64,000 nucleotides of DNA from the human T2T-CHM13v2.0 reference genome, Homo sapiens, in the NCBI RefSeq assembly GCF_009914755.1, contig NC_060936.1; one strand, given 5' to 3'. Positions 27,644-45,302 of this stretch are shown in pieces. Each line of letters begins with the position of its first letter. The stretch's first letter is position 1. The notes beneath the pieces are model-generated. The model saw only the letters and a program-made list of their open reading frames with translations, was not told the origin of the DNA and searched no databases. The position numbers and the translations under genes were made by a program.

Positions 27644-28661
27644 ATGGGGGAAAGTACAGAGCAGAAAAACTGGAAACTCTAAAAAGCAGAGCACCTCTCC
27701 TCCTCCAAAGGAACACAGTTCCTCACCAGCAACGGAACAAAGCTGGATGGAGAATGACTTTGACGAGTTGAGAGAAGAAGGCTTCAGACGATCAAACTAC
27801 TCCGAGCTACAGGAGGAAATTCAAACCAAAGGCAAAGAAGTTAAAAACTTTGAAAAAAAATTAGACGAATGTATAACTAGAATAACCAATACAGAGAAAT
27901 GCTTAAAGGAGCTGATGGAGCTGAAAGCCAAGGCTTGAGAACTACGTGAAGAATGCAGAAGCCTCAGGAGCTGACGCAATCAACTGGAAGAAAGGGTATC
28001 AGTGATGGAAGATGAAATGAATGAAATGAAGCAAGAAGTGAAGTTTACAGAAAAAAGAATAAAAAGAAACAAACAAAGCCTCCAAGAAATATGGGACTAT
28101 GTGAAAAGACCAAATCTACCTCTGATTGGTGTACCTGAAAGTGATGGGGAGAATGGAACCAAGTTGGAAAACACTCTGCAGGATATTATCCAGGAGAACT
28201 TCCCCAATCTAGCAAGGCAGGCCAACGTTCAGATTCAGGAAATAAAGAGAATGCCACAAAGATACTCCTTGAGAAGAGCAACTCCAAGACACATAATTGT
28301 CAGTTTCACCAAAGTTGAAATGAAGGAAAAAATATTAAGGGCAGCCAGAGAGAAAGGTCGGGTTACCCACAAAGGGAAGCCCATCAGACTAACAGCGGAT
28401 CTCTCGGCAGAAACTCTGCAAGCCAGAAGAGAGTGGGGGCCAATATTCAACATTCTTAAAGAAAAGAATTTTCAACCCAGAATTTCATATCCAGCCAAAC
28501 TAAGCTTCATAAGTGAAGGAGAAAGAAAATACTTTACAGACAAGCAAATGCTGAGAGATTTTGTCACCACCAGGCCTGCCCTAAAAGAGCTCCTGAAGGA
28601 AGCACTAAACATGGAAAGGAACAACCGTTACCAGCCACTGCAAAATCATGCCAAATTGTAA
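27644..28661 (+). pseudogene. L1 ORF1p, disrupted
   Basis: ATG at 27644 with an early +1 frameshift and TGA stops near 27936 and 27972. C-terminal 219 aa is open (WDYVKRPNL, AREKG, YPAKLS). Confidence 0.95.
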
Positions 28662-28724
28662 AGACCATCGAGGCTAGGAAGAAACTGCATCAACTAACGA
28701 GCAAAATAATCAGCTAACATCATA

Positions 28725-32552
<3,828 letters not shown>

Positions 32553-33553
32553 ACAATGAGGACGCATGGACACAGGAAGGGGAACATCACACTCTGGGGA
32601 CTGTTGTGGGGTGGGGGGAGGAGGGAGAGATAGCATTAGGAGATATACCAAATGCTAAATGACAAGTTAATAGGTGCAGCACACCAGCATGGCACATGTA
32701 TACATATGTAACTAACATGCACATTGTGCACATGTACCCTAAAACTTAAAGTATAATAATAATAAAATAAAATTTAAAAAAGAAACCTAAAAAAAAAAAA
32801 AAGATTTTCCTGCCCTGCTGGATTTCAGACTTCATGAGGCCTGTAGCCCCCTTTGTTCTGGCCAATTTCTCCCATTTGGAATGGCTGTATTTACCCAATA
32901 CCTTTGCCCCCATTGTATTTAAAAAGTAACTAACTTGCCTTTGATTTTACAGGCTCATAGGCAGAAGGTACTTGCCTTGTCTCAGATGAGATTTTGGACT
33001 GTGGATTTTTGAGTTAATGCTGAAACGAGTCAAGACTTTGGGGGAATATTGGGAAGGCATGATTAGTTCTGAAATGTGAGGACATGAGATTTAGCGGGGG
33101 ATAGGGGTGGAACAATATGCTTTGGCTGTGTCCCCACCCAAATCTCATCTTGAATTCCCATGTGTTGTGGGAGGGACCTGGTGGGAGGTAATTGAATCAT
33201 GGGGGTAGGTCTTCCTGTGCTGTTCTTGTGATAGTGAATAAGTCTCACGAGATCTGACGGTATTATAAGGGGGAGTTTCCCTGCATAAGCTCTCTGTTTG
33301 CCTGCTGCCATCCGTGTAAGGTGTGACTTGCTCCTCCTTGCCTTCTGCCATGGTTGTGAGGCTTCTCCAGCCACATGGAACTGTGAGTTCTCCATTAAAC
33401 CTCTTTCCTTTGTAAATTGCCAAGTCTCATGTATGTCTTTATCAGCAGCATGAAAACGGACTAATACTAAGGCCAAATAAGTACATTTACAATGGTGATA
33501 GTGACATCAATGACTAAAGCTTTGGTCAACTTCTCAAAATTGAAAAGATGAAC

Positions 33554-33566
33554 AAAAGGGGAGAAT
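33554..33566 (+). promoter_or_regulatory. Polypurine tract of the MER57A provirus
   Basis: AAAAGGGGAGAAT directly before the TG of the 3' LTR. Confidence 0.85.
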
Positions 33567-33964
33567 TGTTAAATCCAGTTTAGCCTAAAGCTGCCTCCTG
33601 ACATATTTAAGTTCAGCCTAAAGGTTTCTCTGTACATCATAGACTATAACAAGTGGAGGTGTAAACAGACTGTAGCCTACACTTGTGCCAATCACTGAGT
33701 TTTGGGCAAGCAAATGTAGACAACTGTTCAAACCATGTTCAAATAAGGTAAATGCCAAACTGTAAACAATCCAGCTGTTTCTGTCCCTCACTTCTGTTTT
33801 CTTTGCATCACTTCCCTTTTTCTTTCCATAAATCTTCTTCCCCCACGTGGCTGTGCAGGAGTCTCTGAGCCTATTCTGGCTTAGGGGGCTGCCCAACTCA
33901 CAAATCATTCATTGCTCAATTAAATTCCTTTAAATTTAATTCAGCTGAAGTTTTTCTTTTATCA
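33567..33964 (+). mobile_element. 3' LTR (MER57A1-like)
   Basis: TGTTAAATCCAG...TTTTATCA. About 85% identical to the 5' LTR by manual count. Confidence 0.9.
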
Positions 33965-34608
33965 GATGTGATATAAGCCATCTCTTTGTCTTCCACAAAA
34001 TATCTGATAAGATTGACATTGTTCTCTGAAGCTTTATGAACAGCCTTTGCTTGATGCAGATGTGATGTAGGCTGAACCCTGTTTTCAAAGCTGGAGGAGA
34101 TGGCTCCCAAGGACCCATCACACCTGGGTTAGAGATAAATGAAGTCCAGGCCATCTTTTTCTGCTTGCCCCCCTTCCCCCACCATTATTTATTTTCCTTT
34201 TCTTCTAAATGTACAGCCTTGTTTTCTAAGCTTGTACCCTTAGTAATTATACTTCTGCTACAAAATACTTTATTAGGCCCTATAGGGGATCTAGATGCGG
34301 ATATGATAGGGTTCCTCTGGAGTTTACAGGAACCTCATACATCATTTAGATGAAGCAGAGTTGGATACGAGGTTCTACTATGTAAAATAATCATTAAGGA
34401 TATCAGCATTTTGGTCATTGCAATACTGCCAAGTTGGTGTTGGATTGTAACTGTGTCCAATCAGTTCCTGATTAACTGTTTTCTAATGAGCAGATCACAA
34501 GTGAAACCTTTAAAATATAAGTTGGTAAAATCCTAACAATGTGCTCTCTCATCTTACATAGAAACTGCTAATAGATCGGACTGTATTTTGCTGCCAGCAA
34601 TATGAAAT

Positions 34609-35283
34609 TGAAGCCGCCTCTGCAAAATTATAACTGAGACAGTGAAAGAGATCTAACCTAACCGACTCCATCTTGCTTCTAACCTTTAAGCTGTCCTTGT
34701 TCCTTCCTGGGCGTAGGCTGAACTAACTTTGGGAGGAGCTTAGTTTATAGTTTAAAACAAAGACGACAACAGCCCTTTTCCAAAACAAACCTTCTTCTTG
34801 CCTGGGGACTAGACTGCCTTTGTAGGACTAAGAAATTAGCCACAAAATTAGAAATTATGGTTTAGGAGTTATACAGTTGGAGGCTACAAGATTCTGACCC
34901 TCCCTAACCTACTCCCAAGATCAATGCTTGAGATATTTTGCAGGCCCTGCATTTGATGGATCAGCTGGCACCACCTATACATCGATAAACTGGCCCTCAA
35001 CCAGGAACTGACTCAGTTCAAAAGGACAGCTTCAACTTCCCATGATTTCATCTCCAACCCAACCAATCAGCACTCTCAACTCACTGGCCTTCCCCACCCA
35101 CCAAATTATCCTTAAAATCTTTGCTCCCTGAATGCTCTGGGAGACTGATTTGAGTAATAATAAAACTCCAGTCTCCACACAGCCAGCTCTGCATGAATTA
35201 CTCTTTCTCTATTGCAATTCCCCTGTCTTGATAAATTGGCTCTGTCTAGGCATCGGGCAAGGTGAACCCACTGGGTGGTTACA
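34609..35283 (+). mobile_element. LTR8 solo LTR
   Basis: TGAAGCCGCCTCTGCAAAATTATAACTGAGACAGTG...GGGTGGTTACA. TSD AAAT on both sides. Confidence 0.9.
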
Positions 35284-35369
35284 AAATAATGGCCAGAGCA
35301 ATGCTTTTGGATCATGTTTAAAATACTAGTAATTTAAACATGAATTTTCCATGTCTGGAAAATTTAGTG

Positions 35370-35535
35370 CAGCTTCTTAAACTTTAATGTACATGCATAT
35401 AATTTGGAGAACTTGTTAAAATGCTTATTCTGATTCAGCAGGTCTGAGGTTCAGCCCAAGATTCTGCATTTTTAATAAGTTCTCAGGTGATGCCCATGCT
35501 GGAGGTTCATGGACCACACTTTTGAGTAATAAGGG
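35370..35535. mobile_element. MER5A/B-like hAT MITE
   Basis: CTTGTTAAAATGCTTATTCTGATTCAGCAGGTCTG...TTCTGCATTTTTAATAAGTTCTCAGGTGATGC. Confidence 0.75.
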
Positions 35536-36681
35536 TTTAGTGGATGGTGACTGTTTCCTCTCTTGCATTTTCTGCAGTTATGAAGAAGGGGAAGAGCAGA
35601 GCCTGCAGGTATGAGCTCCCGAATTGACATTTCCTATCTTTAGAGTCCAGGAAAATTGTATTGCATTTACTTTCTAAATATTTGCTTTTCTGATCCCAAG
35701 ATTGTTCTTCATGTACCTGTATAGGCCACACTTTCGGCAATCCGAGGACTCACACAATGATATTAAAATAAAGTTGTTTGTTTGTTTTGGGTGAACCATG
35801 ATTTTAATATAGCAAACTCAAAGGAGCCAGAAGACATGAGGGTTGACTCACCAGTCACAATGGTGTTGTCACATTGTTTATCCGTATGATAAGCCAGACA
35901 GCTATTGCAGGAAGCTGTCAGTTCACCAAGTCCAAGTTTGAGAAGGTTATTTTTCACTTGATATTTAAAGAAAGCAGAAATAAGATGCTGGGCCAAAAAC
36001 TGTGTCAGAAGATGGGCTGGAATAATTTCTTTCAAGAAGCTCAGTGGCAATACTATCTTATAGTTGTTTATTGATTTACCATTACAGAGCACCTTCATCT
36101 GAGTTATATCATTTAATCTTCATGAAAACCCTAGGAGGTAGCCTTGAAAAAAAAAAAAACAGAGAAAGAAACAAGGGCCAAGAGATAGTGATTTGTTCAA
36201 AATCACTTGCTAGAGTGGATCTGGGACTAGAACAGAAGTCTTCTAGCCTAGTCATCTTCTTATGACAACATTGGTAACTATATCACATGGATGTTTCTGT
36301 TATGCCTTCTCAAGAAGGCATCAATAATTGATCCCAGAAGTGTTTTTCACTCGAGCCCTTAGCTTCACAATCCTCCCAACTCTATGCCCCAGAAAGCTAA
36401 AAAGCCACTGCCAAGGAAATGGATGTGGTGTGGGACAAGAAACCTATTTTCCTCCTGGCAACACTAACTTTTATTATCCACAAGGACTAATTACAAAGAG
36501 ATCCACTTTTCTTGGGTATCTGTAAGAGGATAAGCATTCATTTTTCAGGTTTGGTTAAGGATTATTCATGTGGGGGCAGAGAATGACTCTGGAGGCCCTT
36601 GTCAACCCTGGAATTCCAGGAAGTTAACCTTATAGTTTCCCCATGCCATTGCCCTGATGTTACAGTGAGAGGCTATACAGG

Positions 36682-37313
36682 CTGAGGCAGGCTGAATTCT
36701 AAGATAGGTCCCAGGATTCCTACCCCCTGACGTTCACCCCATGTAACATCCTCCTCTTGGATTTGATTGAGACTTCTGATCTACTTCTGATCAATAGAAT
36801 ATGGCAAAGGTAAAGGGATTTTTGTAGTTGTAATCAAGGCCCCAAATCAGTGTGTTTTGAGTTAATCAAAAGGGAGATTATCCTGGATGGACCTGGTTTA
36901 ATCAGGTACAGGACTCTCTCTTAGGTCAGACTCTCTGCTGTTGGCTTTGAAGTACACTGCCATGTTGTGAGAGAAAGGAGAGGATCGCCTGGCAAGGAAC
37001 TTCAAGTGACCTTTGGAGCTGAGAGTAGCCCCTGGCCACAGCCAGCGAGAAAAGGGACTTCAGTCATATGAACACAAGGAAATGAGTTCTACCTGTGATC
37101 TTTGGAAGCAGATCTTTCCCAGTTGAGCCCCCCAGATGCAAATGTAGCCTGGCTGACACCTTGCTTGCAGTCTTGGGAGACCCTAAGCAGAGGGCCCAGT
37201 TAAGCCATGTCCGGCTTCTTGACCCACAGGAACTGTGGAGTAGTAAAAGGGTGTTGTTTTAAGCTGCTAAATTTGTGATAACTTTTTATGCGGTGATAGA
37301 AAACTAACTCACA
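36682..37313 (+). mobile_element. MLT1E-family MaLR solo LTR
   Basis: GAGTTAATCAAAAGGGAGATTATCCTGG; GTGTTGTTTTAAGCTGCTAAATTTGTG...AAAACTAAC. Confidence 0.8.
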
Positions 37314-37382
37314 TGCCTTTTATTACATCTCGCTTAAATCTTAATCTTGCCTCTATTTCTCAATTGTGGATGTATTTACCTA

Positions 37383-37766
<384 letters not shown>

Positions 37767-38924
37767 TCAAGGAGGCAGAATCCTTCCCTGGAAAAAGGGG
37801 AAGACTTCATGTCACCACATTTCTACATATCCCCACATTTCTGAATGCTATTGTAGCCAAGCTGACAGCTGACCATGAAATCAGTACAAACACAGAACAA
37901 TCCTTACACATTACCGTGATTTTCCAACTTTTACCAAAAACCACTAAGGCAAAAATGCCATTTAATGGTATGCATTCTGGGCAGTACTGCTTGAAAGTCC
38001 TGTTGGAGTAGGCAATGAAACTTGACTTAATATCTTGGTAATTAAAACTAAATTCTAAATTTTCTTTAGTAGGACTTCCTAGCACAATGTGGGCTGAGGG
38101 AATCCATCCATTCACTTAATCATTTAATGTTGACTATGAGGCCACACACAGTACTGGGCAGCAGGAATACAATGGTGATTAAGACAGGATACTTACCCTC
38201 GAGTTGCTAGAGGAGAAGACAGGCAGGTAAACTGATAATTACAAATCAATACAATTGAAAAGGGCTATGTGACAATCAGGAGACTGGAAGAAAAACTTGT
38301 CTCCAAAGATCACTATACTGAAATGTATTGTTTACCTTTGTCTATTGCTATTACTATTCTTTACATTCCAGATGTTTAGCACTGTCTGCATATCATAGGT
38401 ACTCAATACTGTATTGGAACTAAGACAACATTAATTAAGATCATATAATTTTATATCTCACCTAAAAGAAAAAAAATGTTGCTAATGAAACTTTGGCATA
38501 CCAGTGTTCCTAAACAGATTCTGGTTTCAGAAACGTTTAAGTGTAGAGGGAAATGCTCACCTTAGAATTGATTTATAGTATGTAATCACTGAACTCTTTT
38601 ATTGGATTTCTAGGGCAAGTATGGAAGGAACAAATAGAGATGTCAGAGTGGATACCAGAAATAAAAGGTATGCTGTCGGCATGTCATCTAGCACTGCACA
38701 CTGCTGACTCAAACCAGATTATCAAAGGAGTGACCTCCCAAGTTCTCACTGTAAGACAGACAAAGCCATGTGAGACGTCTTTAAACAGTTCTAAAAGTTG
38801 CAAGGTCCTAAAGCTATGAAAGAATGCAAGATCCCATAAAGTTTAACATTTTTTAGTTATTAGATAGAAAATACATTCACTTATCTTCTTAGAATCTCAT
38901 CTAGTTCAGAGGTCGTTAAAGTTA

Positions 38925-39237
<313 letters not shown>

Positions 39238-39272
39238 TAAAGTTAAGCAAGCAAATAAAAACATCTACTATC

Positions 39273-39723
39273 AAATTGGGTTACTTTGTGTCACCTAAAA
39301 ATTCATATGTTGAAGTCCTAAACCCTTGTACCTCAGAATGGATAAGATCATTGCAGATGTAATTAGTTAAGATGAGGTCATATTGGGACAAGGTGGGTCC
39401 CTAAATACCTGTTGTCTTTATAAAAGGGGAAAATTTAGACAGAGACATGAACAGGGGAAGAACACCACGTGAACATAAAAACAGAGATCAGGGTGATGCG
39501 TCTACCAGCCAAGGAATGCCAAAGATGGCCAGCAAACCAGCCAACCACCAGAAGCTAGGAGAGGCATGGAACAGTGTCTCTCTCATAGCCCCCAGAAGGA
39601 ACCAAATTGGCTAAGACCTTGATCCTGGACTTCTAGTCTCCAGAGCTGTGAGACAATAAATTTCTGTTGTGCAAGCAACCCAGACTGTGGTATTTGTTAT
39701 TGCAGCCCTAGCAAATGAATATA
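39273..39723 (+). mobile_element. MLT1B/C-like MaLR solo LTR
   Basis: AATTCATATGTTGAAGTCCTAA...GCAGATGTAATTAGTTAAGATGAGGTCAT...ACAATAAATTTCTGTTG. Confidence 0.8.
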
Positions 39724-40110
39724 TCCACATATCTGCAGAGCTAAAGAAAGGCCATATCCAATCACGTGGCCAGCCTCGGTGGGTGCTGCAGACTTCTGTG
39801 AATAGGCAGAATCAAGTAGCCTGAGTCAGGAAACAAAACCCTTTCAACATTTCAGAACCTGTGACACAATGTCTATAAAAAGACAGTCTGACAGGGAGAA
39901 GATCTCATGTCTGACCAAAATTTTTGATCATTAGAAACCTCTAATAATGAGGGTGGTAATTGCCATCCTTAGCAGATGGGCAACCTTAGTTGACCAGGAT
40001 GGTAGCACTTTTCCCAGTTTTTCCATCCTGGGAAGATGAAGAATTAGGTATATGATGGTATATATAAGAGAATCAAAACCAAGATTAGTATTTTTTTTAA
40101 ATTAGTGGGC

Positions 40111-40427
40111 TTTATTTATTTTTATTTATTTATTTATTTATTTATTTGAGATGGAGTCTTGCTCTGTTGCCCAGGCTGGAGGGCAGTGGCGCAATCTAGG
40201 CTCACTGCAACTTCCGCCACCTGGTTCAAGTGATTCTCCTGCCTCAGCCTCCCTGTAGCTGGGATTACAAGTGCACGCCAGCACGCCCAGCTAATTTTTG
40301 TATTTTTAGTAGAGATGGGGTTTCACCATGTTGGCCAGGCTGATTTGGAACTCCTGACCTCAAGTGATCTGCCTGCCTCGGCCTCCCAAAGTGCTGGGAT
40401 TACAGGCGTGAAACACCACACCCAACT
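40111..40427 (-). mobile_element. AluSx-like with (TTTA)n tail
   Basis: Full dimer. Flanking repeat TTAGTAT(T/G)TTTTTTA at 40085-40099 and 40432-40446. Confidence 0.95.
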
Positions 40428-40954
40428 GATGTTAGTATGTTTTTTATGAAGTAAGAGTCAGTATATATTTGATATGTGCCAGGTGCCCTTTGTCCTCTCA
40501 TAAAACTTACTACCATCCAAGCTGGAGAGGCACAGGGCTCATGTTGACCCATGAAAGCAGATTGTTATATTTTCAAAAATTTTGCAAGCTCTTATTAAAC
40601 ACTGTTCCAGTCCTTACAACTATACAAAAATGATAGCTAGCATTGTTGAAAACAACATGGCTGAAGCTGAAAGAGGTTTCAATTTAGGGACTAGAATTCG
40701 TACAAGGGTGGGAAATAGTTTAACAGCAGATGACATCAGATCAAATGGCAATACTTTTATGGAGAAAAGAGTTAGCAGATAGGGATGCAGCTCCATTTGT
40801 CAAATCATGGTTGAACGGCAGCCACAGTTGCAGTCACAGACACAAGAGTTTGGCAAAAATCAACAAAGGCATTCAGTGAGATTCAACTGACCACATGGAA
40901 TTTACAATAAAGGGTATTGTATAGTTGATTATTACTTGGAAGTTGTGTGCTACA

Positions 40955-41240
40955 TATATTTACTAACATTCCTTTTCTCCCACAGCCAGTTGTTAAACAC
41001 TTACCCCACTAGGGAGACAGACCATTAACAAATACACGGATAATAAATACGGTAAATTCAGGTGGTAGTAAGAGTTGTGAAGGAATTTGAGCAGAGTGAT
41101 GTGGCCGAGAGTGACTGATGGGTGGGAAAGTCTTATGACACGGGCAGGGTTGTGAATGGGGAGAGTTAGCCAGCACATGAGGATCAGGGAGGTTATAGGT
41201 GGAAGGAAGAGCAAGCCCAAAGGCCATAAGGGAGGAAAAA
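40955..41240 (-). mobile_element. L2 fragment
   Basis: GGGAGACAGACCATTAACAAAT...CAGGTGGTAGTAAGAGTTGTGAAGGAA. Confidence 0.6.
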
Positions 41241-41620
41241 ATTTGCACGTTGCTATCATTGCTATTGTTAGCAGAATCTGCACTTGAGACCCCAGATCCA
41301 AGGATTCCACTCATCCCTTTCTTTCCCAGTCTGTAGCTGGGCAGTTGCTCAGGGTCACGATCTATTTGGCCCTGAAAGAAACACCTGGGGTTCCTGACTT
41401 CCTCCACAACGTTTCAGACACTATCAGAGTTCTGTATGGTTTAGATTATAAATGTTCTATGTATTCCTTTCTTGTTTCTCTTCTTTGGTGGAATTTGAAG
41501 CCATGGAACCTATATTTTTCCATTTTCCTTGTTCCTAAACTATCTTTCTTACCCAGGTCTAAACTAGATTCCATTGGATGTCTGAGGTCCACCTCCAAAT
41601 TTTCTCCCATGGTAGAGTTG

Positions 41621-42241
41621 TGTAACCCAAAAATAAAATTCTAAGCCCTCCAACCCTCTGAATGGACTCCTCCTCTCGGCAAGGGCATCCCAAAGTTAAC
41701 CTGAAAAAACAAGTTCAGGCCATTATGGAAAGTGGGAGCCAGACATGCCTCATTATACCCTCTTCCTTTTTGGAATTACTGACAGAACAGACTCTTTAAG
41801 TCTGATAAGAAACATTTACAAGCTCTCTGAAGCCTGCTACCTGGAGGCTTCATCTGCATGATAAATCTTTGGTGTCCACAACCCCTTATCATAACCCAGA
41901 CATTCCTTCCGTCCTTTCTATTGATAATTACTCTTTCAACTAATTGCCCAGAAAATCTTTAAATCCTCCTATGACCTGGAAGCAGCCACCCCATCTCCAG
42001 GTGCTTCCAGTTGTCCCATCTTTCTAGACTGAATGAATGTACATTTTACATGGGATGATTGATGTCTTGCCTTATGTCTCCCTAAAATGTATAAAACCAA
42101 GTTGTGGCTCAACCACCTTGGGCACATCAGGACCTCCTGCGTCAGGAGGTCACAGGAGGCTGTATCATGGGTGCATCCTTAACCTTAGCCAAAAAAATCT
42201 CTAAGTTCTTTGAGATCTGTCGCAGATACTTTTGGTTTACG
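41621..42241 (+). mobile_element. MER4B-like solo LTR
   Basis: TGTAACCCAAAAATAAAATTCTAAGCCC...CAGATACTTTTGGTTTAC(G). TSD GTTG (41617-41620, 42242-42245). Confidence 0.88.
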
Positions 42242-44404
42242 GTTGTGATTCCTCCAAGTGCCTCATTGCTAGGCTCATTTAATGATGTGGTTGGGGCTAG
42301 CAATTCTTTTTTTCAGTTTGGCTTTGGAAATTTACAGCTCCTAAAGTCAAACCAAAGTTTTGGGGCAGGTGTTTTGATTTTATATACCTTCAGTAATTGC
42401 ACTTACTTGGTCCTTGTTGGTTCCTGAAATTCAGATCCTGCCTAGGCTCTGGGGAAATGCTCAAAGGATGTTTCTTTGTCATATAACAACAACACAGTCA
42501 ACTCTTAAATGTCATGACTGTAATTCATTCCTTAATGATGGTGCAAATGAGTTAAATCTTTCATATTGTAGACTTTTAACTTTGCAAACATCCTTTAAAA
42601 AGCCATTACAGGGATATGCTCACTCCAACAGAGAAGTGCTTTGGCTGCAGCATGAAATAGCTAATTCATAATTTAAAGTATGATGCCTCTCCCTTTTCCC
42701 CTTTTTAGATAGTTTATAAAAAGGGAAACTTTCTCCTGTGTGTGCTGAGGGGCTGGATTTTTCACTGGCTGTTTGCCTTCCGAGCACTTTCTTCATGGCC
42801 AGCACTTATGAGCAAGCCTGGTGTGTTTAACTTAGCTGGTGAAATGATCAACGGTAAACGTCAGTTGCTGACATTAGAGCCAGCTGCTTGAAGTGTCAGC
42901 GCAGCTGCTTTGTGAGATGAGAACAAGATCTTACTGCTGCTCCTTGTTCCGTGGCGAGGCAACAAGAAAATGCCCATTATGAACCAAGGGGCTCATAACA
43001 CATTCATTTTTACTCCTTTTACCACCAGCTCAGATTTCTATAGAGTGAAACCTAAGTTCAGAAATCTGGAAGCAAATGCAAAAAAAATGTACCCCTGCTT
43101 CTGAAACTGTGCTCTATTACTCACGGATTTCAGGATCTGCTTTTTCTTTTTTTTGATTGTATGACTCACATAGATTTTAAGGAACCACCCATGAGGGCCC
43201 CTATGCATTTGGATAATTAAGATTCTTCCTGGGTGAAGAGCAACAGTCCCTTCTTTCTGAATGACTGAAGATTTAAGAGCTCTGCATGCCCTGAACTACA
43301 CTGTCCTGCGGTGAGGCTTTGTTTTCCCTTGTTCTGGTCCTGCTGGACCTAGAGATTGGGGTGCGAAGGTGCTTAGGGTGCAACAAAGGAAAGAATTGAG
43401 CAGGCCTGGACAATGTCACCTCACCAAAGCGGGGGCAGAAGGCAGCAGAGGAAAGGTGCTTAGTGCAAGCCTAAGGATCTTGTAAGCCTTTGTAGCCCGG
43501 ACTCTGACCAGCCTGTTGTTTCTTTAACATCCTGCATTCAAGTATTTGATGCAAATATGATTGCCTCTAGGCAAGAGAATATAAATATTTGCCGAATGTA
43601 TAATTGAATGGAAAAAATAGCTGTGTAAGTGAGGACAGCGATGATCTCTTCTTGCCTTCTTCTCTTTGTCCTGCTCCCTCTCCTTTCTTCCTTGGTTTTC
43701 AAAGAATTCAAAACAAAACAAAACAAAACAAAACAAAATGTAGAAACCTGTTTTGTCCTGGGAGTGTAGTTTCACCAGCTCCCTGCTGTTCCAGTCTATC
43801 CAAGCTGTCAATCAAAGCAAACAACAGAAGTTGGCTAGCATTCAAAGGAAAAATGTGTTTTATTACACATTTTGACATATGTTGGATGATTTAGTAAGAT
43901 CATGGTGCCTTGTCTCATTTTCGAAGACTTCCTGAGTTCATTTTTTTTTCTTTTTTTCATAACTTTCATTGAACTTTTAATGGCCTTTTTGTATTTTTCT
44001 CATGGAGGATGCTTCATTAATAGAGGGACTATGTCCAGTAGGAAAATATAAAGTGGTTTTTTATTTTTAGAGAAAACAGGTACTAATATGAAATGGATGA
44101 AGTGCCTTCCAAGCCCATGGTTTCCAGGCTGTGTACCAAGGTGCCCTGGGGTGCCACTGGATATTTTAGAATTGTAAGGAAAGCACAGTGATACCTGACA
44201 CCCATTCAGGTACCACACAAACTATTAGCTCACGGTAGTTGACAGCGTCACCATTAGATTGTGCAACATTTCAACATTTCTTTTGATTATGTCATATTAC
44301 TTGTGAAGCTGGGTCTACTGTGCCTATCCTGTGGCACTACGTGCAGAAACATGAAACAGGAAATGAGGGTGGTGGTGTCCAGTCTAATTCCAAGGCTTGA
44401 GAAG

Positions 44405-45302
44405 TGAGAAAAGAGGCTGGGCATGGAGGCTTACTCCAGTAATCCTAGCATTTTGGGAGATCGTGGCAGGAAGATTGCTTGAACCTGGGAATCTGGGACC
44501 AGCCTGGGAAACACAGAGGAAGACCTTGTCTCTACAAAAATAAAAATAAAAATTAGCTGAGTGTAGTGGTGTACAGTGGTAGTCCCGGCTACTCTGGAGG
44601 CTGAGGTGGGAGGATGGCTTGAGCCCAGGAGTTGGAGGCTGCAGTGGGCTATAATCATGCCACTGCATTTCAGCAGAGCAAGACCCTGTTTCAAAACAAA
44701 ACAAAGAAATGAGAGAGAGAGAAAAAGAGAGAGAGAAAGAGAGAGGAAAGAAGAAGATAAAGAAGCAGAAGGAGAAGAAGAAGAAGAGGAAGAAGAAGAA
44801 GAATAAGAAGCAGCAGCAGCTAAGAGAAGAGAAGAGGCGAGAAGAACTTTTATCTGAGGAATCCAAATCCTTTTAAATTACCAAGCCCAGAGAGACATTA
44901 AAATCAAACAGCAATCACATTCTATCGCCTCCTTTGAGCTACATATTCATCTCTTGAAATTGCTTGCTATTGCTACAAGTATCTATAAATTAACCTAATA
45001 ATGTTGCATCAGACAATACAACCCATACCCTATAGCTGAACAATGTATAGCCTATCACTAATCAATGTTATTTCTGTAAACTAATGAGAATTCCTGATAA
45101 ATAACTTTGTATCAGCTTACTCCCTGTTCCTTTTTTTTTTTTTTTTTTTTGCCTTTAAAAACCTGCTTATTAACAAAGTCCAAAGGAAGCTTGTATTCCA
45201 GGTTCCTAGGGTCTGAATCTCTGGGGCAGCTGTCCTCACTTTCACTCAAGTAAACTCTTTAAATTATATTTTGTGCCTCAGCGTCTTCCTTTTAGTTTGA
45301 CA
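44405..45302 (+). mobile_element. MER65-like ERV1 solo LTR containing an AluJ
   Basis: TGAGAAAAGA..ACTTTTATCTGAGGAAT...TTTGACA. TSD GAAG (44401-44404, 45303-45306). Confidence 0.75.
44415..44842 (+). mobile_element. AluJ whose tail expanded to a compound (GA)/(GAA)/(GCA) purine-rich repeat
   Basis: Alu body 44415-44692; purine-rich tract ~44693-44842. Confidence 0.9.

Noticed and set aside
33965-33990. Second PBS or tandem provirus after the 3' LTR (GATG also follows the 5' LTR)
   Set aside because: The sequence continues GATGTGATAT with no tRNA complementarity. GATG also precedes the 5' LTR, so it is best read as the TSD.
38614-38668. Possible 55-nt exon (TTTCTAG/G ... AAG/GTATGC)
   Set aside because: Splice-like motifs of this quality arise often by chance, and there is no other support.
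44384-44866. 160-aa hydrophobic ORF and the Glu-rich ORF on the opposite strand
   Set aside because: Translations of an Alu and its GAA microsatellite tail.
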